From Zygnema circumcarinatum SAG 698-1b (Eukaryota > Plantae > Zygnematophyceae), in the NCBI GenBank assembly GCA_037447605.1, contig CM074806.1, forward strand, positions 806,001 to 870,000: DNA of 64,000 nucleotides. Direction: 5' to 3'. Positions 47,615-61,999 of the stretch are shown piece after piece (position 1 is the first letter of the stretch; every line of letters starts with the position of its first letter). The notes beneath the pieces are model-generated. The model worked only from the letters and a program-made list of their open reading frames with translations. It had not been told where the DNA came from and did no database searches. The position numbers and the translations under genes are program-made.

Positions 47615-50600
47615 ATGGATGTATTGGCACAGAAGCAAACTGGAGATGGAAAATCTGCACAGTTGCGGCAACTTCAAAGCTATGCGAAAGGAAGTGAGTA
47701 TTGCCTAGTGTTCTAGAAGGTTTCAGTCTGTAACTTGTCCACGCAACCGCAAGCTTAATGGCCTGAAGGTAGTCTAAAGGCGAAATGTCATGAGTCAATT
47801 TTCCTATACAGCCTGGCCTGCGACTTGTGATTTTCCTCTTTGACTTTTTAAGTCACTAAAACAGCAGTCGCTGACAAACAGAGTTGAATGTTTTTCTTGG
47901 ACAGCCAGGGGAAAGCAAATCGCTTTGTTTGGCCTCAAGAATCATCTGACTCCACCTTTGAAGCAAGCGCTGGTCCCTGCAGGTACATGGTAGCTTCTTA
48001 AAGGTTTTCATTAGAAGGTGCAGGAAAGGTTAGGGGTTCTTCTTTCCAGCGACGGGAGGACGCAACCTTTGGTGCTGAACTTCTGTGCATGTGCTGCGTA
48101 CCAATTTCTGTAGATTCAATATTGAATTGGGTGAACAAATTGAAGTTGGGAGATTTGTAGTAGCCGGGCCTTGTGCAGGCTGCGCGGAGGACATTGTTTG
48201 CAACGTTGATGACTGAAACGTGGCATATATTTTGGATGCTAAAATTCATTAATGCGGACTGCCTCGTTTGGCAGCACAATTTACTCCTAAAACTCCGCTT
48301 AAAGAGATCGGCAACAACCAGCGTGAGGTCCAGGACATGCATCAGAATGTAGACAACGATGAGCCCGAGTGGATGAGAACGCCCAAGTATCACTCACCAA
48401 AAAGGAAGCTTGAGCTGGATGGTGGGGAGCTAATCATCAAGAAGCGGCGAGAAACAGAGCCTTCTCCGTCTCCCCTTCACGGGTTTGACCACTTTCCAAT
48501 CTTCCTTCATTTCCTTGAAGCTCTGATCTTCTGTGCTTGGAGCTGTTGATTTCATTCTGCATGCTCTCACAGAAACCATCAATGCATTAATCGACAATTA
48601 GAGAAACTATTTGTTTCTGAGGACTTGTTTATCAAGGGAAACTTGTAATAATTCTGAGAGTTTCCAATATATCCTTTGCAGGTTGAGGAATATAGGGAAC
48701 AGCTGCTACATGAATGCTATCTTGCAAGCTATATTAAGTCTCACCAGCTTCAAAAATGATATGCGGCAGCCAGGGCTGGTCGATGCAAACATGCCAGAGA
48801 ATGGTGTATTTAGGGCACTTCAACAGATTCTGCAGGCGATGGAAAGTTCGAGCAATAAGGTCATCAGTCCAGCGGCTTTGAAAAGTTCCATCGAAAAGAA
48901 TTCAGCCCGCTTTCGAGGCATGTTCCAACAGGTAAATGGTGATGATGTTGTAGCTTCGCATCCTCTGAGTGACGCCCCTGTTTTCAGCTCTATCTGTTGT
49001 CTGGTCGATTGTTCCATGGCGCTCGACCCTCGACGCTCGTTGGTCATATACGATGTTGCGTAAAAGATTATGCAGCTTTCTGCTAGTAAGAGTGAGGACA
49101 TCGTATGTTCGCCTCGAACACTGTTTTTGCTGCGCCTTGTTCACTCCGTATGCTATGCTGTGAGAACGACTTCGTATACAACGAATGGGGATTGCCTACT
49201 AACTCGTGGTTTCTTATTTTCTGTTTTGTTATTCAGGATGCACACGAGTTTCTCTGTGACCTACTTGATCAACTGCAAGCAGAGGTCTACGCATACCATG
49301 AGAAGAGTCGCTTACATTCTGCAAACCCTAAGCTGCGTCTTTCTACAACAGACTGTCCGACTACGAAAAATTTCAGGTGAGTTGTTGTCACACAACTTGC
49401 TGGATTTCAAATCTGACGAGATGTTTCACTTAGTGGAACTGTTCACTTACAAGGGTTGCATAGCAGTGAAGCCAGCATGCCTGACTCTGCTTTCAAGTCT
49501 TGATGGCGTTTAATGCATGTCTTGGGCATCAAATGCGATATTTTTGGATGATTGGTCTTGGAAGTCATGCTTGCAGTCAGCCTGCATTTAAATATGGGTA
49601 CGCCAATGGCCCTGCCCTCAACAGGAGAGCCCTGCAGAATAAGAGATATCTGCTTCTTAGCTCCCTGGATTATTCAATCATCGTGTCGGGACCCTGTTGG
49701 TCGGGAATGAAGGGCCAAAGGAGACAATGAGGACTATTTACAGAAGTTTTTCCCTGTTGCGCAGTTGCTTTGTGCGGCATGACCTTCGGTGTAATAGCTG
49801 TGGACATTCCAATACTGTGGAAGAGCTCTTTCGACATTTCCCTTTAGACCTTCCTCAGAATGAAGCAAGGTGTGTTCCAGTCGTTTACCATGTACTTCTC
49901 CCGATGAGTATGGCTGAGTTAGTGCAGTTACTTTTGACAGCAGGAACTCATGATTGCCAGTTGCGAGATCTCATGGTGGCCTTGAACAATCTTCGACTTC
50001 AGGGAGGCGAATGGGGATTCCATTGAGGAGCCGGTTCATCTTGTGGATCTGCTTCGATGCTTTTTCAGGGTTAGTAATGCTCTCAGAAGTACTTTCATTC
50101 TGAATCTGTATTCATATTGGTGTTATTCATTTCCGAGATTGGAGCTATCAAAGGAAGTCTCTGTGACAAAACCTCACAGTTTTGGTCGAAAATTAAACAC
50201 CCTTCAACAAAGTATATGATGATGTGTTGCACCGGTGCTGCAGGATGAAATTTATGAAAAAACATGCGAACGCTGCGGTTCAAATGGTTGCACTGTAAAG
50301 CGAGTTATTCGTCGCCTTCCGCGGGTTTTGGTCCTCCATCTAAAGCGATTTTCAGTAGATGAATTGACTCGACAGTTCAAGAAGAACAGCAGACAGGTCT
50401 TCATCCCGCAGACTTTGGATCTTGGTGAGTGCACTAAAGTTCAATTGCTTGTGCTTGTGCTCACCCTCCCACTTCAGAGCATTGGCTTGTCGGAAAGTGA
50501 TGTGATACTAGAATCTCAAAGCCTGCTGTTTTGGAACGACTTTGTTCTTTCTGTCGTACCGTGGGTGTATGACACGGAAAACTTAGGAGTGGGTTTAATA

Positions 50601-52669
50601 GGGGTGAATTGCAAGCTCGCTCATTCACCTTTGACATGCTGTGCAGAATTTTGTTGCTCGGAAACTACCAAAGGGCCACTAGCGGTGGGGGAAATCCCGA
50701 AAGACGATCATTTTGCATCTCTATCATCAGCTAGACTATCTTTAGACCAACCATCTACGCCACGACCTTGGAGCTGGAGCCCTCAAGAACCTCTTGTTGG
50801 ACCTGCATCAAACGTGGAAGAACCACTGGATGAACCCACACCGGACGAGGATAGTGAACTTGAGAAAGCGCTCCAAGCTAGCATGGACGACTATGTCAAA
50901 CTAACAAAAAATCCTAATGGCGAGCAGGAACTTATATCTGTAGAGGACGAGGATCTAAACCGAGCTATTGCAATGAGTTTGCAAGGTACTATTTTCTTGT
51001 ATGGATGCATGCAATTTGAGTTTGCTTGGTTTTCTTTAGAGGCCATAGCAGAACAGTGCAGCTTAATGAATATGCGGACCCTTTTGGATGCTTACTGTGT
51101 TCTAGAATTTTGTTTTCTAGGTTAATTCTTGCAGAAATTTTGCAACTGGGAATAACTGCTCTAGATGTTGGTGCTCCATCAGAAGACAACAGTTCTGATT
51201 CCTTCTGGTTGAAATGGTATGAGAATAGAAACAGACCGTAGTTGGCGTAGAAGGGAGGAACGTCTAATGATGCTTTTGTTCAAGCACAAACAGATAGGAC
51301 AGCCCTGGATTCTCTAAGTCAGGACTTTTCTGCTTCGGTGAATGTAGGAGCATTTGATTCCGCAACAACAGAAAACGGCAAGGCTCGGCCTCACGCAGAC
51401 AATGTCTTGTCAAATATGGACCAGAACTCGCATGTGCAGGTATGACAGTTCAGCAATTTATTGCTTTTTTGTGGTATCTCTATGGGATCCTAATGTGAGG
51501 ATTAACCATGAGTTCAGCGCCGTAATTGTTGTCCTTCATGTCTTTCTATTAGTTGTAACTATACTACCCTCGCTGAGTAACTCTCTCAGATTACTGCAGC
51601 TCGTAGAATTCTTAACTAACCGGCTTGAAGCTTTTTGAAAATAACAGTTCTTCCCAGGTTTCAGAACTTCTGAATGTTGTCCACAGCCAACTTGTACATT
51701 TTCTACAGAGTACGGGTTGGTTGCAGTGCTTGATGATGATAGTTGAAGCTAATGAGGTCTGATTGGTCTCTTGTTATTCAGTCTTTGACTGATCTTTATA
51801 CTTTTGTTTGCTGTGTCGGTCCTCACCAGGATATTGCGATGCAGGTGCCTGCTGTCATTGAAGTGGACGACAGTGACACTGATGGTGAGCCTGCTTCAAA
51901 AGGCTTTCAAAAATATGTCTTACAGGGCATTGTGAGCCACCTCGGGCCTCTGGTGTCCTCCGGCCATTTCGTGGCTGATGTACTGGACGCAAACAGACAA
52001 CAATGGCTTCGATATGATGATTCTGTCGTCTCTCCGGTAAGGCATCGATCAGATTTCTGAAGTGGACCCCAGGAACCACAAGGCAAAGCATGTAGATAGC
52101 CAGGTTATGGCTCCTGAGGTCACTTGCTAGAATGTTGGCGTTAGTTGCCCCCTATTTTTTAGGCTGCGTTCTTCTACTCGTCCCCCCCCCCCCCCCCCCC
52201 CCCCCCCAAAACATGCTTTGCGTTTCAGAAAATGACAGTTCCTGTGATTCTTATTTAGTTTTTGTCAGTGACTGGCTGCTTGATTGATTGAGTGATTTGA
52301 ATCTTCCCATCCTGCCACAGACCTGTCCTTCTACTAACTTCCCATGTAGTGTGTAACTCTACATCGTGACATACTACGTACTGTCTTGATGTATGAAATA
52401 AGACTTGCCTGCAATGCAGTATTTTTGAATATTACTGATTTGCTAAGTTAATTTCTACGCTTCCTTTCCTGATCCTTTTCTGCGTCCCCGATCTTTGCGT
52501 GCAGGTATCTGAAAGCGATGCCTTCAGAAGGAACAGAGAGACAGAAGCTTATCTTCTCTTTTATGTGCATCAGGAGATCGCACTCCCCATTCATACGCCA
52601 GAGAAGCAAGATGTGAAGAATGACAAGGCTCCCGTACAGTACTTTCGACGCAGCCGACCTCGACCCTAG
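47615..52669 (+). CDS. Ubiquitin-specific protease (peptidase C19) with UIMs inserted in the catalytic domain; USP37-like
   Basis: Cys box GLRNIGNSCYMNAILQAI (48681+), QQ|DAHEFL, Zn fingers CNSC...CERC, RLPRVLVLHLKRF, UIM-like EDSELEKALQASM and EDEDLNRAIAMSLQ (50845-50985), His box VSHLG...SSGHF...WLRYDDS, AYLLFYVH. Stop 52667-52669. Start is tentative. Confidence 0.9.
52182..52207. repeat. Poly-C tract (26 nt) in the last USP intron
   Basis: Direct reading. Confidence 0.95.
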
Positions 52670-53937
52670 GTGTGTTTGTACCTTTTCTGCACGGTCAGAT
52701 TTTTTTTTCAGGGAGGACGGGGCATCTTTATTTCTAACTTTGTACAGGACACCAGAACGACCTCTAGGGAAGGGTTAGCCTTTATATACAGGTGGTTATT
52801 GCATTAGTATGAACGGTCTCGTTGGTTTTCAAAACTGAGGATTGTTCCCGCAAAGACAGCAGAGAGCGAACGTGAGAAAGCGAGAAGGTTAAAGTAAGTT
52901 CACATAAATTCATAAGGGCGCCAGATTGAACAGTTTTGGGGCTTTTTGGAAAGCCTCTGTCAGTCAAGGATATCATTTCTCTGTGCCAGTGCAATCGGCT
53001 CCTAGCCAGGCAGCCATTTCTTCGGAGACCATTATCTGTTGGTACGCAATTTATCCTCACTGATTGAGAGAAGCTGATCAGTTTTTCCGGGTTTTCCAGA
53101 TTCTAGAATATTTACAGTATTTACCTGCCCTTAAAATTTTCCCTTATCCCCAAGCAGATTCACTAATGTTGTTTCATTTCAGCGGGTCTCCGTTGAGCAC
53201 AGTACCGAAAAAGGCACTTGAAGGCAAAAGGGTTCAACACGCATTCGCACGCATACATGCGGATATACAGAACATACATGCAAATGCGTATAACTTACAT
53301 ACAGACACATGCCAGCATATGGACGTGACATACATATACATGTGCTTAGATGTATTATCAATGAGACAATGACAAGCACCGAACATAAAACGGCGTTCTT
53401 TTGAATCAGAACGTACAAAAGCTGACCCAAATTCGTCACTCTCGGCCATAGGGACTTCTCACCAAAGGAAGCAAGAATAGCGTGACCGCTCTCATATGAA
53501 CATATTTTCCTATTCTTACAGACCCACTCTTACATCACCACTCCATTCCTTACCATGCCATATTGCCATCCTGCTTGAACCTTACCGCAGTCCGTCCTCT
53601 CCCATAGTCCCAACAAATTCTATACGATAGTAAGCTTTTCAAGTTACCCCACACCTCCCAAAGTTTTTAATAGTGCTCATCAAGCTGAAGACGGCTCCTC
53701 CTTGCCATGCAAAGCCGAGCTCTGCTTCGACTTCTTGCGCTTCCAAGAACCGCCCTCTGACCTCAAGGCCTTTCTCTGTCCTCAGTCCAAGTCACCAGCA
53801 CCTCACTTCCCGCTCAACTCTAAAAGCAGACTCTAACTCTAGGACTATACACCGATATCACTCACCCCACTCTCTCTCCTCACCTCTCCCAGTCTGCCCA
53901 CGTTACCTCCCCCTTCCCTCCATTTCAAGCTCCGCAT

Positions 53938-56900
53938 CTAACTGCCATAGTCAAGCTGTTGGTTGAGAATACGCGGTGAAAGAGGCGGGAGTCTCTCCTT
54001 CCCTGCGCGGGGCAGAACCACCACGTTGGCAGGAACTACCGGAATCCGTTTCTGAGGGCGAGGAAGCAAGGGGCTGTTTCCACTGAGAGAAGTCCGCCTC
54101 TCACTCCCACCCGGTAAAGGGGAGGCGCCGGGTGTGCCAGTAACGCGTCTCTCCTTTCCTGCGGGCGAGATTCCCATGCGATTCACCACCGGTGCCTTGC
54201 GAGCAGCGAGGCTGCGAGAGAGGGTCCCAAACTTCGCCTCCTCCTCCAGCTGCCTCCTCTTCTCTTCCCGGTGAAGGTCCTGACAGCCATCAAACCATAA
54301 TCAAAAGTAAACGAAACAGCTAGAAGTGAATTCCTGTTGCTTTTTAATCCTTCATGCACCTTGCTACCTGTTTTTATGGCGTTTTCTTGTTCAGGAGAAT
54401 GAATGAAGACGTCTTGTTTATACAGACGAAAGTGGCGTAGAAGAAGTTGCGTGCATTGAGTACTGATGACTGGGGAATGGTCTTACAATGAAGCGCTTTC
54501 GCTCCTCCTCGTGCATCGATCTGAGTGCCTCTTCATGCTCTACTTTTGTAATGAGAGATTCCTGTCATGCCAACAAACGTCCCCTTAAGAATGTTGAAAT
54601 GCATGGAATGCCGTTATTGCCACGATCAATCCGCTTATCAACAGCTTTCAAACGCGTGCATGCTGCGTTACAGTAGCAATGAAGCAAATTACAGCATTAG
54701 AGTAAAAAAAATCTCACCCCATCATAGAAAAACTTCTCGTTCCGATCCTTCTCCCACTCCTCCACCTTCGTCAGGAGCGATTTCACAAGTCCTGCACGAG
54801 TTCAGGAAGGCAAAAGACAAGAGTAGCCGGCTTTCAATTTCAGCTATTGTATTACCCTCTGACTGCCGTGACAGCTCGGACCCAAAAATCAGTAGAGAAC
54901 AAGAAATAGTCAAAGATGCATCAAAGAACACTTGGTCACTTCCTCCCTCCCCTGCGCTCTCTCAGGCGGAGTCCTTACCAGGCAACTTCTTTTGCTCCTT
55001 CCTTGCCTTTTCAGCCCTGTCAAGATCCTTAAAGGCCTTCTTTGAAGCGTAACGATTCTCATCCTACACATATAACAAAGCAACAATATTAGAACCCTCA
55101 GCCAACAGTGTAAGAAGAGGTTGGCAAAGCTAAAACCACACTAGCTCCATCTCCTCCTTCAAGACGCTTGTATAAATGAATGTCAAAAGCCACATATGAG
55201 GTGAAAAGTCGTCGAGGTATCCCAAAACCTCAATATTATTTTCCCATCCAGTTGACAAGTCACCTGCTCGAATTTCGAAAGCCATTCGACCTCGATGCAG
55301 GACCTCTGCCACCTCTCCACCATGGGAAGGATATCGCTGCGGCTTATCTTTGCTTCTGCAACACGAGATATCTCTTCTTCCATCTCAGCGAGCAGGTCTG
55401 AGGGAGCCATTTGTCCTGCAACAGAAGATGGCAGTCGTCATCAGTCAGACTTACGTATATTTTGCACATGCCCAATAGGCTTTACAGCTTATCTGCACTG
55501 GTAACCGCTCTTACCTGCTTTCATGAGTTCGATCAACTTATTCTGCGCCTCCAAGTCAGGAGTAATGTGAGCTGCCGCACAAAGCTCTTCAATCTTCGCC
55601 ATTTTCTTGTGCACAAGGTCCTCTACTTTTATCACCTGCTCTTTCTCTAGCTGCTTCACTTCATCTTCCGCCTGCAATCCAAGAGAAGCAACAAGGGATG
55701 TTTCAGTTTGAATGATTTGAAACACACAAAGAGAGCCATAAGACCATCTGGGAGAATACTCATCCGCAAGCTCAGCTATAGAGATGGCCCCCTTGGCCTT
55801 TTCTAAAAGGAATTAGCAAGAGGCAAAAGGTCATGTGACTTTCCCACCTTTGCAAGACGATCGTCGGAAAGCATGCCTTGAAGAAAGTTGCCGTTGACGG
55901 ATGCACCGATGCAAGCTGTCAAATCGTCATCCCTTGGCGTGATCTCCATCATGTGGCACAATGCCACAATCGCGGCTCCAAGATAAGAGATCTGTTCAAG
56001 CGCACTCGCACATTCTCTTGTTATCATTAAGCAGAACAGTTTTTTGCACATCACATCATGCAGGGTGCACCTTAATGACTAATTGTTTTACAAAACAAAA
56101 CAATAGTCCATAAAAACCTCCCATATTTTCTTTACATATAGTATTCAATACAATTGAAGGTAACAAAGGTAAGAGACCCTCCACCTTCTCAACTCTGCCC
56201 CTCTTCTCTTCTTCGAGATCCTTCACAGTCTCGTCCAGCTTTTTCCTGACTTCTTCCTGCAGTGGCAAGTCTTCAGATGCCGCTTCTTCGCAGAGTGAAG
56301 GATGAATGTTGCCGAAAACACTCCAAGGGTCGAACCCCATCACATCGCAGAGCTGCTTAACTCTGCGTATGGTCATGATTATCTCCGAAACACGAGCTTT
56401 CTGAACACAGCGACAAGACCACTCTATATCACTCCTCTTCCATGCAAAAAACCAACTGCCACAGCTCCTTTTCTCTTTCCTTTTCAGAAGCTCAAAAAAA
56501 GCGAAGGTGAAGCTGACTTCCGCGTACCTTTAGTTCCTGAAGGTAAGTCAGTCTGGTATGAAGCTGCTCAAGGCGTTGAGGTCCAAAGTCCATCGTTGAG
56601 AAGTCAGAAGTGGGTTCTGTCATTCTTTCCTCCAACTCTAGGATCATGGTTTGTACGTCCTCGAACTCTGCTTTGCGAGCTTCCAACTTCTCTTGAAGCA
56701 CGATCAACTGTTCCTTCACTTGTCTTTCTTGCTCCTGCAAGGTCATATCTGCCTCAACCTGTACAAGTAGCGTTCATACTGTCAACACAGCAGCACAACA
56801 AAGAAGGAGTGGAGGGATAGGGGGAGGGGAGAGAGTGGAGAAAGAATCTGCAACTTTGTTTTAATAATCACACATACATGCATACATACATACATACATA

Positions 56901-57349
56901 CATACATACATACATACATACATACGTTCGAGCTTACATTGTGCTGCAAAAAAGAGCTCAATTGGAAGGTCCCCTCACCTCGTGGTTTCCTGGTGGTTCC
57001 CTGAGAAGAGACTCAATGCGACGCATCTCCTCTTGCGAATTGGCGATTGATGCTTCGAGGTCACTCTGCCACCGCTCTGCTTGAGCAACTGCCTCCTCAT
57101 AAAGCGCAAGGCAGCGCCTCTCCAGCTCCAAAAGCTCGCCGTCTCGCACAGAGTCGTCGCACCCAATCACCTCCCAAATGTGCTGCGGAGAAAGGAACAG
57201 AACTCAAGAAAGTCAATGGAAAGTTTTACTACAACAAACCTAAAGTATATTCCACATTTCCCGTTAAGGAAGTAGACGGTAAAAACTTCTTTGGGGCTCA
57301 CCTGCAAGCGTTCCAAGAGGCAGCTGCAAGTTTTGCTGCCCTCCTCCAT
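53938..57349 (-). CDS. MAP65: Microtubule-associated protein MAP65/Ase1/PRC1 family, about 13 exons
   Basis: TCSCLLERLQ|HIWEVIG.DD..RD.ELLELE..CL..Y, LCDVMGFD, LCHMME, AEDEVKQLE, SRSDIL.MVERW...C.E.EWL, DENRY, L.RAEKAR, W E.DR...FFYDG, and a basic S/T-P-rich tail. Confidence 0.92.
56870..56924. repeat. (CATA)n microsatellite in a MAP65 intron
   Basis: Direct reading. Confidence 0.93.
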
Positions 57350-57795
57350 TGCCTGCACGAGATAAGTGCAGTCAATTGATTTGAGTTTACATCAAACTAA
57401 AAAAAAGGCGAAATGGAAAAAAAAATCGACGGAAGGCATACGAATAAATAAATTGCATTTGGAAGCCCCGTTCGTCAAAAAGTGAACATTCGTCGGAAGC
57501 ATTTCTGTTTTAATGAACTTACAAAGCACCCAAAAGATAGCATCAAACACACCATCACTTTCATGCAGGAATTTGAAATCTATGAGTAAAAAATACATCG
57601 CTTTTCAGTGGATAAGAATAAAGCTTTTGATTTCAGTGCCTTCCTTTTAATTTCCTGATTGTGTTTGCCTGCTCTTGGTGACTCGTTTGCTTTTGGCTAA
57701 TGCGGACTTCTATTGTGCTGGAGCTAAGTGGGCCTTTTGTCCATTTGAAAATCAATAACTAAAATAGAAGGGGAGGGAGGGAGGGAGGGAGGGAG

Positions 57796-57805
57796 NNNNN
57801 NNNNN
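57796..57805. other. Assembly gap (10 N) inside a (GGGA)n repeat
   Basis: nnnnnnnnnn flanked by gggagggag. Confidence 0.99.
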
Positions 57806-59373
57806 GGGAGGGAGGGAGGAAAGGAGGAAGGAAGGGAGGGAGGACGGAAAGGGAAAACGGAGAAAGAGGAGCTTCAAAGGTAGGCGCAAGCCATAAGTTG
57901 AAGATTCATACCCAGAAACATAAAATTTGTAAATTCGTTGCAGTATCCTTACTAAAGAGACTGGGACCTATTCACTCTCACTTATGAAAATGGTAATGAA
58001 CGCTAAAAGAGAAGTGCGAACTCAACATGGAGACCTCTGCACTCTAGAAAAGTATGTATGTTTCAGATAAAGCAGCAAGGAAAGGAATTCTAGGAAGAAA
58101 CCTTTTGCTGTTGAAGCTAGAACTTAATGATGTACGAAGAATCCTGCTCTCCGACAGAGAAGCTATACGCAATAGTAGCAAAGTTCCGCACAGAGAGCAA
58201 GGCAAAGAGGGAACAGACAGTGAGGGAGAGAGAGGGAGAGAGAGAGTGAGAGAGATTGAGGGAGAAGGTGAGAGAGACGGAGGCGGGAGGGATGGAGGGA
58301 GGGAGAAAGTGAGAGAGACGGAGTGAGGGCGGGAGGGAGGGAGCGAGAGAGGGAGGGGGGAGGGCGCCGCGGGGGACGGCGGGAATTGAGCTCAACGGTC
58401 ATGTGGCCGCTCGCCATTTAATGAATTTAAAGAGTCAAATTGTTCATTCTCAAAAGCGACAAGGAATTCTCCTCGAGGACGGTTCGAGCTCTAACGTATC
58501 CTTTCTGCGGACGTTTTAACCTATATGTAATCGACCCGGGGTAAAGGAATATCGCGGGAGGACAACGCGGCCCATATTCCAATAGAAGGTTGGGTCTACG
58601 CAATTTCTCAAATGTTTAGTTACAAGATTTGGCAGTTAGTGCAACGGGTAGTGGTGGAACCGGTCAAAGATGACTTGGCTGCCACGCTGGACTTGCAAAT
58701 GCCAAGAAGTTACCTGATTGGTTCAATTATTCCAAGGAGGCTGTTGATTGGTGGACGACACGTCGGTGGATCTCGCGACCCGTTGCAAGTTGCCGAGAAA
58801 AACCGGTTTCAAACTGGTTTTCATATGATAATTGGGATTGTAGTGTGAACGTTTATTTGCCTGCCCGAAGGGGCCGGCGACCGCCTGCTTTCATTGACCG
58901 GGCAGTTCAAGGGAAACGTTTTTGGCGTTCCAATAGTTAGGGCAGACAGAAAAACATGTGATTCACCAATGAAATCGTCGAATGACGTCAAATTCTGCAG
59001 AAATGAATTCCACGGGCAGGAATTGCAAAGAATTTCAGCGACGGTTTTTTGGCAGGTAGGGGGAGCGGTACGGCCCTGAAAAACAAAAGATCCCACAGGT
59101 GTCCTCAGGAGAATCTTCGCATGGTGATGTTGTGGTTGGCAGAACATCACTCTTGAGATGGACAACATCATCAGCTCTAGAGTCTAGAACCGAGGAGCTG
59201 CATCATTTTGGCCTCCTGCATCATGCGATCTCAACATCCCCGGGCCCTGCATCACCCAGCCCTGCATCATCCTGCTGCCTCTGCCAGGTAAAGCGGATAC
59301 AGAAACTGGCCTTGAAGGAAGGAAGGAAGAGGCCGACAGATAGGGAGGGAGGTAGGGAGTGCTGCAAGAAGCC

Positions 59374-61168
59374 ATGGAGTTTCCTCTTAAGGATGAGCTG
59401 GATATCGTGATTCCCACCATCAGGAACTTGGATTTCCTCGAGCAATGGCGGCCGTATTTGCAGCCATATCATCTGATCATCGTGCAGGATGGCGATCCAA
59501 CGAAGGTGATCAAGGTTCCAGAGGGATATGACTACGAGCTTTACAACAGGAATGACATCAACCGCATTCTTGGACCAAAGGCCAACTGCATTTCATTCAA
59601 GGACAGTGCATGCAGGTGTTTCGGCTACATGGTGTCCAAGAAGAAGTACATTTTCACTATCGATGACGATTGCTTCGTAAGTTTTTCTTGCAGCGATTGT
59701 GAAGAACAGAACTTTTTGTCAATCAGGTCGTTTTTGCTTTATATTCGGCCATTGCTGATGAAGCGATCGGAGTTTCCCGTTCAAACTGATTTATCCTACT
59801 TTGGCTCTTTCTTTCAAGGCCGGCGAATGTCCCTAGTATTTTTTTTCGGTGCGTCTGGCTCATTTCTTGTGTCCTGTTTTTCTCACTTGGCAGGTTGCAA
59901 AGGATCCCAACGGTAAGGAGATCAACGCGCTGGACCAACACATCAAGAACCTCCTGTGTCCTTCAACTCCCTTTTTCTTCAACACCTTGTATGATCCTTA
60001 CAGAGACGGCACCGACTTCGTGCGCGGTTACCCTTTCAGCTTAAGAGAAGGAGTCTCTACAGCTGTTTCCCACGGTCTTTGGCTCAACATTCCGGACTAC
60101 GATGCGCCTACGCAGCTTGTCAAGCCGAAGGAGAGGAACACGAGGTATGCCCTCTAGTCTGCAGGTGCTGCCCCTAGGCTCCGTCAATCGTCTCAGCGAT
60201 CTTAATCGTACACTCAGACTAGGGCTGGTCTGTGCCTCTGACGTATCTGAACCTCTCTTATCTGTTAGATTAGGAACATCGTTAATCCATTCCTGTTATG
60301 GCTGACCTCCTAGGGACTCGTTTTGCTGAGACCGGATCTACCTTGTCATGTCGCTTACTGCGTGATCCCGTGTTTTCTCGCGGATTCGCAGATTTGTTGA
60401 TGCAGTAATGACCATTCCGAAGGGCACTTTGTTCCCGATGTGCGGCATGAACTTGGCCTTTGATCGTGAGCTCATTGGTCCAGCTATGTACTTCGGTCTG
60501 ATGGGTGATGGTCAGCCGATTGGCCGGTATGACGACATGTGGGCGGGTTGGTGCGTAAAGGTAAGTTCACTGCGTTTAGACTGAATTTTCCCTTCTTCGG
60601 CCCGTGAAGTTGCTAACTGTAGCCGAAGTTTTGAAAGTTGTCCGTTTATGCTCAGTTGGCCCCTTCGTTCTTTAGGTTGTGATCGGCATTGTTGGTGGTT
60701 GTTTGCTCGTAATTCAGGCAAATGCTTGCTGCATTTTATGGCTTTCGATTGCTGAACGCAACCTCAAGTACCCCGGTTAGGTCTCTCAGTAACCCTTTGT
60801 TTGCATTTCAGGTCATCTGTGATCACTTGGGGCTTGGAGTGAAGACTGGTCTGCCGTACATTTGGCACAGCAAAGCAAGCAACCCCTTCGTCAACCTTCG
60901 AAAGGAGTTCAAGGGAATTTTCTGGCAAGAAGACATCATTCCGTTTTTCCAGCAGTTTCAGCTTTCTAAAGACGCAGTGACAGTTGAGCAGTGCTATCTC
61001 GAGCTCGCCAAGGGAGTGAAAGAGAAGCTGACACCTCTTGATCCCTACTTCACAAAACTGGCAGACGCCATGGTCACCTGGATTGAAGCATGGCAAGAGT
61101 TGAACTCTGGTGACAAAGCTGCTCTACCAAACGGACCCTCTAAGTCCTCTAAACCAGCTCCCAAGTAA
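59374..61168 (+). CDS. RGP: UDP-arabinopyranose mutase / reversibly glycosylated polypeptide (GT75), 4 exons
   Basis: [115 protein letters not shown]. Confidence 0.97.
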
Positions 61169-61999
61169 TTTCGTGAACTCGTCAGGTTCAGATTTTGACT
61201 GAAGAGCGTCTGCTGCGTCTGATTGAAGTCAGCACTTCATCACGCTCGGGTGCATGTACTTGCTTTTGGTGCTGTAGAGTTACTAGCCAGCCACTGCTTC
61301 TGCTCAGGACCCATTTGAATACTATGGGTGCTTCCTGAGGCCATTTTTCCTCATCAACCTACATTGGTGAGCTTAATTTCATGCGGAGGTGTCTGTCAGA
61401 TATTTCCTATAAGCAATTGTATTTGTTTTACTTTCCGTTTTTTTGAAACATATCTTTCTTCGCCTTTTGCAAACTCTACAATATTAATGGATGAATTGAT
61501 GATTCCGATTCTTCTTTTTCTATTACCTTTCCATTCATGTTTCTCATGTACCCATTTGGAGTTTTCCCGGAGGCTCTGTTAGGTTTATCCTTAGTTTCGC
61601 CTTAGTCATAGAGTATTGATCGCCTCCTTTTCGCGGATGTGCTTCTCTCAGGTGCCACACATTAAGATCAGAAGTTAATATGGTCCAATTTCATAATGGT
61701 AATGCAGCAGTCCCTGTTTGTTTGGTGACTGAATTAGTGCATACTTTTTGAACTTCAGAGGTCAATAGTGAAGCGCGTTTCATTTCTCCTTGGTCAGTTT
61801 CACTAATCTGCAGACTGGCAACTGAGAAAGGGACTTCCAAGCTTTTGGTTGAGCCTCCTGATTTCAGCCAATCTTTCAGTCACGTTTGCTACTACTAGAA
61901 GTCAGTCAGTCTCTCGAACGGAGTTCGTACAGCAATAAAGTGAACTCAACTTCCTGCATGAAGTCTGACGCTTTGATCTACTCCTTTGCTTGCTAGTTT

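Noticed and set aside
9172-50646. Four stop-free 3n introns (9172-9294, 34658-34792, 35658-35789, 50425-50646) as a regulated retention system
   Set aside because: With roughly 90 short introns in the window, a few stop-free 3n cases are expected by chance. The inserted peptides look intronic.
13246-52669. Functional cluster of ubiquitin/ribosome-biogenesis genes (PDCD2, TRM112, DCN1, TRAF-ZnF, USP)
   Set aside because: These are common housekeeping categories with mixed orientation and unrelated genes interspersed. There is no evidence for operon-like organisation.
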